Below are positions 34,841 through 45,400 of a stretch of DNA of 64,000 nucleotides, piece after piece. The first letter of the stretch is position 1. Each line of letters starts with the position of its first letter. Below the pieces are notes generated by a model that did no database searches, was not told the DNA's origin, and saw nothing but the letters and a program-made list of their open reading frames with translations. This stretch comes from Anaeramoeba ignava BMAN (lineage: Eukaryota > Protista > Anaeramoebae): assembly GCA_028826165.1 (NCBI GenBank), contig JAPDFW010000136.1, positions 874,767 to 938,766 on the forward strand. Direction: 5' to 3'. Position numbers and translations under genes: made by a program.

Positions 34841-37063
34841 TTAATTTAAATCTTTTAAAATTAAATCAATTATTGAATTTTGATTTAATTGATAATAATC
34901 TTTTAAATCATAAAATTCTTCTTTTTTAATTTCTTTTTCTTTATCAAATTTATCATGATAAAGAAAATGGATTAATTGTTGAATTGTTTCATTTGATTTT
35001 TTTGAATAATCATGAACTTGATTTGATGAATCATTAACACTTAAAAACATTCCTTTATATAATTCACTTCTTAATATTAATATTAATTTATGAACTTTGA
35101 TTTCTTTTTCTTCTGAAATAATAATTGTAAAATCTTTAGTTTCATTTTCTTGATATAATTTATGTAAATCTTCTAATATTCCTTTTCTTCCTTTTTTAAT
35201 TTCAATCCAATTTGATTCAATTCCAATTTCTTTGAAAAATTCTTTTAATTTATCTTCTTTTTCTTCAAATTTTTCTTTTTCTCTCTTTTCATTTTCATCT
35301 TCAAGATCTGATCTGGAAAATCGAAAATCTGAAGAAGGGTCTGAGTCAAGTAAGGATTCTGATAACATTTTTCTTTTCTTTTCTTTTTCTGTTTGATTTT
35401 CTTTTTTCAGTATTCTCTGTTTTTTTTTTTCAACTTTCTCTTTTAATATTTGATAAAATTTATCAAAATCAACAAATCCAGTATAAATGAAATTTAAAGC
35501 AATTTCAACATCTTCTTTTGGTTTTATTTTACAGATATTGATAAATTTTTGTAAATTTGTTTCATTATTATCAAATCTTGTTAATAAAATTAATTTATGA
35601 ACTTGAAATTTAAAAGAATCAATTGATTGAATTTTTAAATCTGAAAAATTATCATTTGATTTTAATAAATTGTTTAAATCATCATTGATTGAATAAATGG
35701 AAACTATTGAATTAAGAATTTCTTTGGAAAATTTATATCCTTTTAAAAAAAAAGAATTTGTCATGTGCATTAATAAAAATAGAATAAGTTTTGGGTTATT
35801 ATTATCAATTATAAGTGAAAGTGGAGTTTGAAAATTTTTATTTTTAGCATAAATATCCAATCCTTGTGAAACAAAAAATTTGATAATTTCAAGTGAATAT
35901 TGATTTGGATTTCTATTATGACTTTGACAAGCTAAATGCAAAACTGTTTCTTCCTCTTTGTTTTTGTCATTAATATCTGCACCTTTTGAAATAAGATATT
36001 TAATAATTTCAAATGTATTTTCATTTTTTTGACTTTGATATTGACAAATCAAATGTAATGGTTTTTCTTGACTAATATTTGTAGCATTGATATCTGCTCC
36101 ATTTTCTATTAAGACTTTAATAATTTGAAGTGAATTTTGATGTTGATATCTACAAGCTGAATGTAAAGGTGTTTCTTTATATTTCTTTGTTTTTGCATTT
36201 AAATCTGCTCCTTTTGAAATTAACAATTCAATAACTTCACTTAAATTTCTTTTGCAAATAATATGTAAAGATGTTTCATTTTCATTATTTGGATAATTAA
36301 TTGAAATTCCAGATTCAAGAAAAAAATTAATTATTTCAATTAAAATCTTTATTTCTTCTTTTCCATTTTGTTGTTCAGTTTTACAAATCTCATGTAAAAG
36401 TGTTTCTTGATATGAATTTTTGGCATTGATATCTGCTCCTTTTGAAATAAGATATTTAATAATTTCAAATGTTTTTTCATTTAGAAATTGACAAACATAA
36501 AACAATGGTGTTGCTTTATTGTGGTTTTTGGCATTAACATCTACTCCTTTTTCAACAAAAAATTTGATAATTTCAAATAAATTCTCATTTTGAAATTGAC
36601 AAGCAATGTGTAAATATGTATCTTCATTTTTGTTTCTGGCATTGATATCTGCACCTTTTTCAATAAGAAATTTAGCAATTTCAAATACATTTGCATTTTT
36701 ATTTTGGCAAATTAAATGTAATGGAGTTTCTTCAAAAAAATTTTTAGCATTAATATCTGCACCTTTTTCAATAAGAAATTTAACAATCTCAAATATATTT
36801 ACATTTTTATTTTGACAAATTAAATGTAAAGGTGTTTGTTTATAAGTTTGTGTTTTAGCATTAATATCTGCTCCTTTTTCAATTAAAAGTTTAATAATTT
36901 GAAGTGAATTTTTATTTGTATTTTTACAAGCAAAATGTAAAGGAGTTTCTTCATTTTCATCTTTTAAATTAACATCAATTCCATTTTCAATTAATTTTTT
37001 AATATTTTTAATTGAATTTTTTTCACAAGCAATAAATAATTTTTTTGAATTTGTTTGTCCCAT
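34841..37063 (-). CDS. Ankyrin-BTB-BTB copy H, 740 aa (~11 repeats plus N-cap)
   Basis: Intact ORF starting MGQTNSKK. Confidence 0.9.
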   Translation of the reverse strand: MGQTNSKKLFIACEKNSIKNIKKLIENGIDVNLKDENEETPLHFACKNTNKNSLQIIKLLIEKGADINAKTQTYKQTPLHLICQNKNVNIFEIVKFLIEKGADINAKNFFEETPLHLICQNKNANVFEIAKFLIEKGADINARNKNEDTYLHIACQFQNENLFEIIKFFVEKGVDVNAKNHNKATPLFYVCQFLNEKTFEIIKYLISKGADINAKNSYQETLLHEICKTEQQNGKEEIKILIEIINFFLESGISINYPNNENETSLHIICKRNLSEVIELLISKGADLNAKTKKYKETPLHSACRYQHQNSLQIIKVLIENGADINATNISQEKPLHLICQYQSQKNENTFEIIKYLISKGADINDKNKEEETVLHLACQSHNRNPNQYSLEIIKFFVSQGLDIYAKNKNFQTPLSLIIDNNNPKLILFLLMHMTNSFFLKGYKFSKEILNSIVSIYSINDDLNNLLKSNDNFSDLKIQSIDSFKFQVHKLILLTRFDNNETNLQKFINICKIKPKEDVEIALNFIYTGFVDFDKFYQILKEKVEKKKQRILKKENQTEKEKKRKMLSESLLDSDPSSDFRFSRSDLEDENEKREKEKFEEKEDKLKEFFKEIGIESNWIEIKKGRKGILEDLHKLYQENETKDFTIIISEEKEIKVHKLILILRSELYKGMFLSVNDSSNQVHDYSKKSNETIQQLIHFLYHDKFDKEKEIKKEEFYDLKDYYQLNQNSIIDLILKDLN

Positions 37064-37100
37064 TTATTTATGAAAAAAATGAAAAATGAAAAATAAAAAT

Positions 37101-38798
37101 TTAATTTAAATCTTTTAAAATTAAATCAATTATTGAATTTTGATTTAATTGATAATAATCTTTTAAATCATAAAATTCTTCTTTTTAATTTCTTTTTCTT
37201 TATCAAATTTATCATGATAAAAGAAATGGATTAATTGTTGAATTGTTTCATTTGATTTTTTTGAATAATCATGAACTTGATTTGATGAATCTTGAATATT
37301 TAAAAACATTCCTTTATATAATTCACTTCTTAATATTAATATTAATTTATGAACTTTAATTTCTTTTTCTTCTGAAATAATAATTGTAAAATCTTTGGTT
37401 TTATTTCCTTGATATAATTTATGTAAATCTTCTAATATTCCTTTTCTTCCTTTTTTAGATTCAATCCAATTTAAATCTATCCAAATTTCTTGAAATATTT
37501 TGATAAGTGTTGCTTTTTTGGTTTGTCTTTGATTTTCATTTTGAATTTGATATAAATAATCTAAATTATCTGATTGGAAAAAAAAATCATAATCTTCATC
37601 AGGTTTTGATTTCTTTGGATCTTTAATTTGTTGAATAAATTTATCAAAATCAGGAAATCCAGTATAAATGAAATTTAAAGCAATTTCAATATCTCTTTTT
37701 GATTTTGTTTTACAAATATTGATAAATTCTTGTAAAATTGCTTCATCATTATCAAATCTTGTTAATAAAATTAATTTATGAACTTTAAATTGAGAAGAAT
37801 CAATTGATTGAATTGTTAAATCTGAAAAATTATCATTTGATTTTAATAAATTGTTTAAATCATCATTGATTGAATAAACGTGAAGCAAAAAATCAATAAT
37901 TTTTTGAGAGAAATCATCAGATGGTATATCAAAAGGATTTGCATTATTCATTAATAAAAATTGAACAGCTTTTTCTTTCATTTTTTCGTTTTGATTTTGA
38001 TAAATCAAATTTAAAGGTGTTTCTTGTTTTTTATTCTTGATATTCACATCTGCTCCATTTAAAACAAGAAATTTGATTGTTTCAAATAAATTTTCATTGA
38101 TATCTTTACTTTTACAAAGAATATGTAAAGATGTTTCTTGATAATTATTTGTTAAATTAGGATCTCCTTTTTTCTCAATTAGAAAATGAATTATTTTATT
38201 TGAATTTATATTTTTATGATATTTTTGACAAATCAAATATAAAGGTGTTTCTTGTTTATTATTTTTGAAATTCACATCTGCTCCATTTGAAACAAGAATG
38301 TTAATAGTATCAATTGATTTTTCATTTGTATTTTTACAAGCAAAATGTAAAGGAGTTTCTTGAAATTTATTTTTGGCATTGGCATATGCACCTTTTGAAA
38401 TGAGAAAATTCATAGTTTCAATTGATCTTTCTTTCATTGTTTGACAAATATAATGTAAAGGAGTTTCTTGGTTTTCATTTCTGGCATTGACATCTGCTCC
38501 TTTTTCAATTAAATTTAATAATTTCAATTGAATTTTCACTTAATATACGACAAATATAATGTAATGGAGCTTCTTGATATTTATTTTTGGCATTTACATC
38601 TGCTCCTTTTTCAATTAAGAATTTAATAATTTCAAATGAAAATTGATTTTGATCGTTACAAATAAAATGTAAAATTGTTTCTTCATTTTCATCTTTTAAA
38701 TTCAAATCAATTCCTTTTTCAATTAATTTTTCAATATCTTTAATTGAATTTTTTTCACAAGCAATAAGTAATTTTTCTTTTGAATTTGTTTGTCCCAT
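37101..38798 (-). CDS. Ankyrin-BTB-BTB copy I (~7 repeats; frameshifts near 38510 and 37185)
   Basis: ORFs 38798-38505 and 38539-37163, plus the conserved tail ending at the TAA at 37101. Confidence 0.8.
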
Positions 38799-38833
38799 TT
38801 ATTTATGAAAAAAATGAAAAATGAAAAAAAAAT

Positions 38834-40074
38834 TTAATTTAAATCTTTTCAAAATTAAATCAATTATTGAATTTTGATTTAATTGATAATAATCTTTTAA
38901 ATCATAAAATTCTTCTTTTTTAATTTCTTTTTCTTTATCAAATTCATCATGATAAAAGAAATGAATTAATTGTTGAATTGTTTCATTTGATTTTTTTGAA
39001 TAATCATGAACTTGATTTGATGAATCTTGAGCATTTAAAAACATTCCTTTATATAATTCACTTCTTAATATTAATATTAATTTATGAACTTTAATTTCTT
39101 TTTCTTCTTCAGTAATAATTGTAAAATCTTTATTTTGATTTTCTTGATATAATTTATGTAAATCTTCTAATATTCCTTTTCTTCCTTTTTTAGATTCAAT
39201 CCAATTTGATTCAATTCCAATTTCTTTGAAAAATTCTTTTAGTTTATCTTCTTTTTCTTGATTTTCATGCGTAATTCGATACAAATACTTTTCATCATCT
39301 GAACAAAAAGAATCATAATCTTCATCATCAGGTTTTAATTTTGCTCGGTCTTTAATTTGTTGAATAAATTTATCAAAATCAGGAAATCCAGTATAAATGA
39401 AATTTTAAAGCAATTTCAACATTTTCTTTTGATTTTGTTTTACAAATATTGATAAATTTTTGTAAAATTGTTTCATCATTATCAAATCTTGTTAATAAAA
39501 TTAATTTATGAACTTTAAATTGAGAAGAATCAATTGATTGAATTGTTAAATCTGAAAAATTATCATTTGATTTTAATAAATTGTTCAAATCATCATTGAT
39601 TGAATAAATTTGACTGAATAAATCAATAAATTCTTTTGAAAAATAGTTAATTGATAAATCAAAAGGATTTGCATTATTCATTAATAAAAAATGAATAATT
39701 TTTTGATCATTTTCTTCTAAAGCAAAGAATAAAGGAGTTTCTTCATTTTTGTTTTTGGAATTAATATCAGCACCTTTTTCAATTAAATATTTAAGTATTT
39801 CAATTGAATTTTCATTTGGATATTGGCAAATTAAATGGAAAGGAGTTTCTTTATATTTGTTTTTGGAATTAATATCTGCTCCTTTTTCAATTAAATATTT
39901 AATAATTTCAAGTGAATTTTTATTTGTATTTTTGCAAGCAAAATGTAAAGGTGTTTCTTCATTTTCATTTTTGAAATTCACATCTGCTCCTTTTGAAATA
40001 TGAAATTTAGTTTCTTTAATTGAATTTTTTTCACAAGAAAGGAATAATTTTTTTGTTGAAGCATCTTGTCCCAT
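38834..40074 (-). CDS. Ankyrin-BTB-BTB copy J (~3 repeats; frameshifts near 39405 and 38848)
   Basis: Starts MGQDASTKK; ORFs 40074-39379 and 39284-38799 each carry single-base homopolymer slips relative to sister copies. Confidence 0.8.
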
Positions 40075-40111
40075 TTATTTATGAAAAAAATGAAAAATGA
40101 AAAAAAAAAAT

Positions 40112-42355
40112 TTAATTTAAATCTTCTAAAATTAAATCAATTATGGAATTTTGATTTAATTGATAAAAATCTTTTAAATCTTTAAATTCTTCTTTTTTAA
40201 TTTCTTTTTCTTTATCAAATTCATCATGATAAAAGAAATGGATTAATTGTTGAATTGTTTCATTTGATTTTTTTGAATAATCATGAACTTGATTTGATGA
40301 ATCTTGAACATTTAAAAACATTCCTTTAAATAATTCACTTCTTAATATTAATATTAATTTATGAACTTTAATTTCTTTTTCTTCTGAAATAATAATTGTA
40401 AAATCTTTATTTTGATTTTCTTGATATAATTTATGTAAATCTTCTAATATTCCTTTTCTTCCTTTTTTAGATTCAATCCAATTTGATTCAATTCCAATTT
40501 CTTTGAAAAATTCTTTTAGTTTATCTTCTTTTTTTTGGATATCTGTAATTTTTTCAATTTGTGGTTTAGTTTTTTGATCATATGAAAAATAATCGAAAAA
40601 ATCAAAAATTGGTTTTCTGGATTTTCTTTGGATTTCATTTTTTCGCATATTTTGATTTAACTGTTGAATAAATTCTTTAAAATCAGGAAATCCAGTATAA
40701 ATGAAGTTTAAAGCAATTTCAACATATTTTTTTGATTTTTGAGAACAAATATTGATAAATTTTTGTAAAATTGTTTCATTATTATCAAATCTTGTTAATA
40801 AAATTAATTTATGAACTTTAAATTTAAAAGAGTTGTTTGATTGAATTGTTAAATCTGAAAAATTATCATTTGATTTTAATAAATTATTTAAATCATCATT
40901 GATTGAATAAACGTGAATAAATACATTAACAAATTTTTCTGTAATTACATCTTTTTTTAAATTAATATTTGCGTGATTGATTAATAAAAGTTGAATTTTG
41001 TTGATATCACCGTTTTTGATTGAATATGAAAGAGGAGTTTCTTGATAATAATTCTGAGCATTAACATCAGCTCCATTTCGGATAAGTAGCTTGATTACTT
41101 CAATGTTATCATTATAGCAAGCCAAATGTAAAGCTGTTTCATTTTGGTTGTTTTTGGCATTAATATCAATTCCGTTGTCAATCAAGTATTTGACAACTTG
41201 ATTTGAGCATTGCTTGTTTTGGACGACCAAATGCAAAGCTGTTCTGTTTCCAGCAGTTTTTGCATGAATATCAACTCCTTGAGAAATGAGGTATTGGATA
41301 ACTTCGACTGTATTGTTTTGGCAAGCGATATGCAAGACTGTTTGATTTTCATTTATTGCTGCATTGATATCAGCTCCTTTTGAAAGTAAGTAATGGATAA
41401 CTTCAACTGTATTATTTTGGCAAGCAAAATGCAAAATGGTTTCGTTTCCATATTTGGTTTTGGAATTCATATCCACTCCCTTTTCAATCAAATACTGGAT
41501 CACTTCAAGTGAATTACTTTTGCAAGCATAATGCAAAATGGTTTGATTATCTTTTGTTTTTTCGTGAATATCAAGACCTAATGAGATGAGAAAATCAATC
41601 ACTTTGACTGAGTTATTTTGGCAAGCAAAATGCAATGCTGTTTGGTCTTCAGATGTTTTCCCGTTGATATATGCACCTTTATTAATGAGATATTTGATGA
41701 CATCGATTGAACCATTTTGACAAGCAAATTGGAAAGGTGATTGAATCCATGCAATGCTTGGATTGATATCAGCACCTTTTGAAAGCAAGAATTTGATCAA
41801 TGGGAATGAATTATTTTGACAGGCAATATGTAAAGGTGTTTTATTTTCTTTTGTTTTTGCATTCACATTTGCTCCTTTTTCAACTAACAAACTAATTAAT
41901 CGAAGTGGTTGATTTTTAATGCAGGCAATATGCAAAATTGTTTCTCCACTCGATATTTTTGTTGAGTTTGTATTAAATCCTTGTGAAATCAAATACTCAA
42001 TCACCTCAAGTTTTTTCTCACTTTTCAAATGATTCATTGAATAATCAAATGCTTCATAATTATTTTTTTCATTTGGAGAAAATTTCAAAATTTGCTTAAT
42101 TAAATATTTGATAACTTCAATTTCTGAATCCTTTATAATTGCATAATGCAGAGAATTCCGTTTTGATTTATCAACTGATTTTGGATTGACTCCTTTTGAA
42201 ATGAGTAATTTGATCATTTCTTTTGAAGAGTTATTTTCAATTGCAAAATGTAAAATGGGTTGTTCTTCACTTTCTTCAATTTCAATTTGTGGAATAAATT
42301 CAATTTCTTTAAGCCATTCAATATCATTTTCTTCAATAACTTGATAAATTTCCAT
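40112..42355 (-). CDS. Ankyrin-BTB-BTB copy K, ~747 aa (~13 repeats)
   Basis: Intact ORF. The likely start is MEIYQVIEEN at 42355, similar to the copy F start MNFIYKIIEEN; the longer ORF start overlaps the PSME4 3' end. Confidence 0.88.
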   Translation of the reverse strand: MEIYQVIEENDIEWLKEIEFIPQIEIEESEEQPILHFAIENNSSKEMIKLLISKGVNPKSVDKSKRNSLHYAIIKDSEIEVIKYLIKQILKFSPNEKNNYEAFDYSMNHLKSEKKLEVIEYLISQGFNTNSTKISSGETILHIACIKNQPLRLISLLVEKGANVNAKTKENKTPLHIACQNNSFPLIKFLLSKGADINPSIAWIQSPFQFACQNGSIDVIKYLINKGAYINGKTSEDQTALHFACQNNSVKVIDFLISLGLDIHEKTKDNQTILHYACKSNSLEVIQYLIEKGVDMNSKTKYGNETILHFACQNNTVEVIHYLLSKGADINAAINENQTVLHIACQNNTVEVIQYLISQGVDIHAKTAGNRTALHLVVQNKQCSNQVVKYLIDNGIDINAKNNQNETALHLACYNDNIEVIKLLIRNGADVNAQNYYQETPLSYSIKNGDINKIQLLLINHANINLKKDVITEKFVNVFIHVYSINDDLNNLLKSNDNFSDLTIQSNNSFKFKVHKLILLTRFDNNETILQKFINICSQKSKKYVEIALNFIYTGFPDFKEFIQQLNQNMRKNEIQRKSRKPIFDFFDYFSYDQKTKPQIEKITDIQKKEDKLKEFFKEIGIESNWIESKKGRKGILEDLHKLYQENQNKDFTIIISEEKEIKVHKLILILRSELFKGMFLNVQDSSNQVHDYSKKSNETIQQLIHFFYHDEFDKEKEIKKEEFKDLKDFYQLNQNSIIDLILEDLN

Positions 42356-42473
42356 TTCATAAAAAAAATAATTTTTGTTTTTGAAAAGAAAAGAAAAGAA
42401 AAGAAGAAAAAAAATGAAAAAAAGAGAAAAGAATTTTTTAATGTTAAATTTTGATGTTAAAAAAATTTTTGAA

Positions 42474-45400
42474 TTAAACGAAATAAGTTTGTCCTTGGTT
42501 TTCATATTTCAATTCCATCAATAAATCAAGTTGTTCTTTTGATAATTTAGATTGTAAAAATTTCATTTCATGAGTTTTAAAGAATTCATTAAAAGCATCT
42601 TTAATAACGTTTTGGATTTCTTGATGATTCCAAGTAAGATCAGATAATTCAGTAAGAGCATCGAGTTGTTGTTGGTTAATAGAATAAGGATCGCGGAGAA
42701 CAATAGCGGAAAGAAATATTGAATAGCCATGTGCGAGTCTAAGAATTTGAGGATCTTTGATAAAACGAACTCGGATCTTTTTATGAACGTTGTTTGTCAA
42801 TTTGCAGAATTCTGTTTTGAGATCTTTGATGTTATTTAAGTCGTAAAGTCGCAATAATCCAGAGAGTGTGGTTCCTGCAAGGATACGCACTTCCCGTTGA
42901 GAATCAACGAGAAAATTAAGGATCAATTTGATCACTTCTTGGAATGTTTTTTGCGAAATGATGAAGAAATGGTTGAATGTGAAGACCTGAACAAAGGAAA
43001 GTGCGGCTATTTTGATGTGGTAATCGTCATAAGTAGCAACTGTTGAAATGACTGTATTCAATATTGATTCTGCAGTCTGAGAAATACCGTCAACAAATGG
43101 CGAAACAAAAGAACTTGTTGAGATCAATTGAAGCGTTATTTTCGCGGTAGAAACAAGATCGGGCTGTGAACCAAATCGCCGATCAAGAACCGCGAAGACA
43201 AAAGGAATAAGCTTGTTTATGAATGGCAGAACTGAGATTTGGTAGTGATAACCGTTCCAAAAAACAAGAGAAAGCCAAGTCATAATTGTTTCGAAATAAT
43301 CAAGTGCAATTGCTAATTTCTTTTGTTCTTCGCTCATTTCAGATTTGACAGCTGTTTCCGTTAATTTGGAAGAATTTTTTGGATCATTTTGATTTTGATT
43401 TTGATTTTGATTTTGATTTTGATTTTGATTTTGATTTTGATTTTGATTTTGATTTTGATTTTGATTTTGATTTTGATTTTGATTTTGATTTCGATTTTGA
43501 TTTTGATTTTGATTTTGATTTTCATCTTGTGTTTTTTTGGATTCTGATTCTTGAAACACAAATTTTTCTTGCAGAAGCAATTTCTCGAGAATGGAATCGA
43601 TAAACCACTGGAAATCTGGAGAAAGTTGAACAGAAAAAAGAAGACTTGGCTCGCGATTCTTGTTGCGTGGAACTTGAGAAGCAATGGAAAAAAGAACAAG
43701 AAGACAATCAGAGATGACAGAACGAACGCTTCTTGAAGGATGAAATAAATGCTTATCGACAAATCGAGCGAATTGAAGAGCCAAAGCAGGAGCTTTCCAA
43801 GAAACTTCCATCAGGAATTTGCGGATGTAAGATAGACGTTTTGTCATTACAATGCTTCCTTCATCTTCAGAGTTGAGATTTGAAAAAAGAATATCAATGA
43901 GACGAATCAATCTTCGCGGATCAAGATCAAACGACATGAATTGGATTGCATCAGCAAAGGCAATAAAAACATCGAGATTTGGAACGAAAAGAGCTTGTTG
44001 AAGAAGCGGACCGACAAGTTTCCAAAGGGATTCTGTCTCTTCGAAATTGAAGTGTTTTGCACCTCTAACAAGTCCACTTAAAATTTCAATTGCGGTTACA
44101 ACTGAGGCGTTATTTTCCCGATTTCGAAGTAAATTTTCTGTTTCCGAGATGGCAACTTCTGCGAAAGGAAGTCTTAAAATTTGTGTGAAACCCTTAATGA
44201 GTTGTGCGATATGAATACGGAATTCCTCCTCACCGAAAACTTGAGAAGTTGCTAGATGACTGAAAAGTGGGGAAAGAAATTGCTTGTCAGAAATGACAGC
44301 TAGGAAAAAATTATGATCAAGAGAAGGATCATGAGTTGGTTGGATCGAATAATCGTATTGGAACGAGAAACGGGAATGCGGGGCAAGATCGCCATTCCAA
44401 CCTATCCATGCCTTATCATGGAAACGAGTACCAAGCCATGTTGTAGGATCTTTTGGATACTGAGACAAATCAAGCTTTGTGATATCAGAGTATATTGTGA
44501 ATTGTGTTGGATCGTAATTGAGAGGTTTTCGGGTAATTTTGGGTTTGAAAAGCGCAGTGACAACACCGAGAGCTTCGATGCCTGCGTCTCTAGCGCTGAC
44601 AATATCTGAATTTATTCTGTCAATGAAAAAGTGCCAATGCTTGGAACTTGGCTTGCTGTCTTTTCGAGAAAGGAGAAGAAGACTGATTGTGATCATGTGG
44701 ATGTATTTCCAGTTGAGTTGTTTTTGGGTCGTTTTTGTGTGGAGAAGTTGCAAAAGAGAAGATTGTTTTTTGAGCTTTTCTGAGCGAATGACAGTTTCTG
44801 TTTGCTGGTTAATTGCCTGGCGTGAGAGGTCGTGGGTTGAGTCTTCGCTCTCGATCATCATGTCTTCGTCCTTATCACTCGAAAGTTCTTTGCGCAAATT
44901 TGAAGAAAGTTGTGACTCGAGCGGATTTGTTTTGATCATTTTGAGTAAAGCTCGAACAAGTTGGTCGTAGATCTTCCCGTTGTGAGCATTGCTTTCTTTG
45001 TGCATGAGATCAGCTTTGTCAAACAGCTCCTTTGGTACCGTTGGGAACATATCAAGCAGCTCTTTGTTTTCTGGGCGGCGCATTATGTCTGAGTGTTTGT
45101 GCATGAAAGGAGCGTGATAGAAGTAGGTGATGAAGTTGTCAAAAACTTCGCTTATTTTTTCCTGTATTTGTTCTTTATTGTTGAAACTTGAACTACAAAT
45201 TGAGATGATAAAACGAGAAAAAAATGCCCAATTCTTGATAATCTTCCCCAGAATTGAGGAATCGGAAAGAATGGAAACAGCGCCTTTTATTGCATCAGTT
45301 TTTGCTTTTTGGTCTGATAAAATATCAATAAAATCAGGCAAAATATGATGAGTTGAAACTGGGAAATTTGAGAATAATTTTAGCATCACAGGATGGATCT

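Noticed and set aside
27130-39410. Programmed frameshifting or phase variation in array copies D, F, I and J
   Set aside because: The breaks I resolved are 1-2 nt differences in or beside short A/T runs, at different positions in each copy, as expected from long-read consensus error. Cannot be supported without reads.
42356-42505. N-terminal hydrophobic extension (signal peptide-like) on copy K from the ORF track
   Set aside because: It is the translated T-rich intergenic region overlapping the PSME4 stop; the ATG at 42355 matches the start of copy F.
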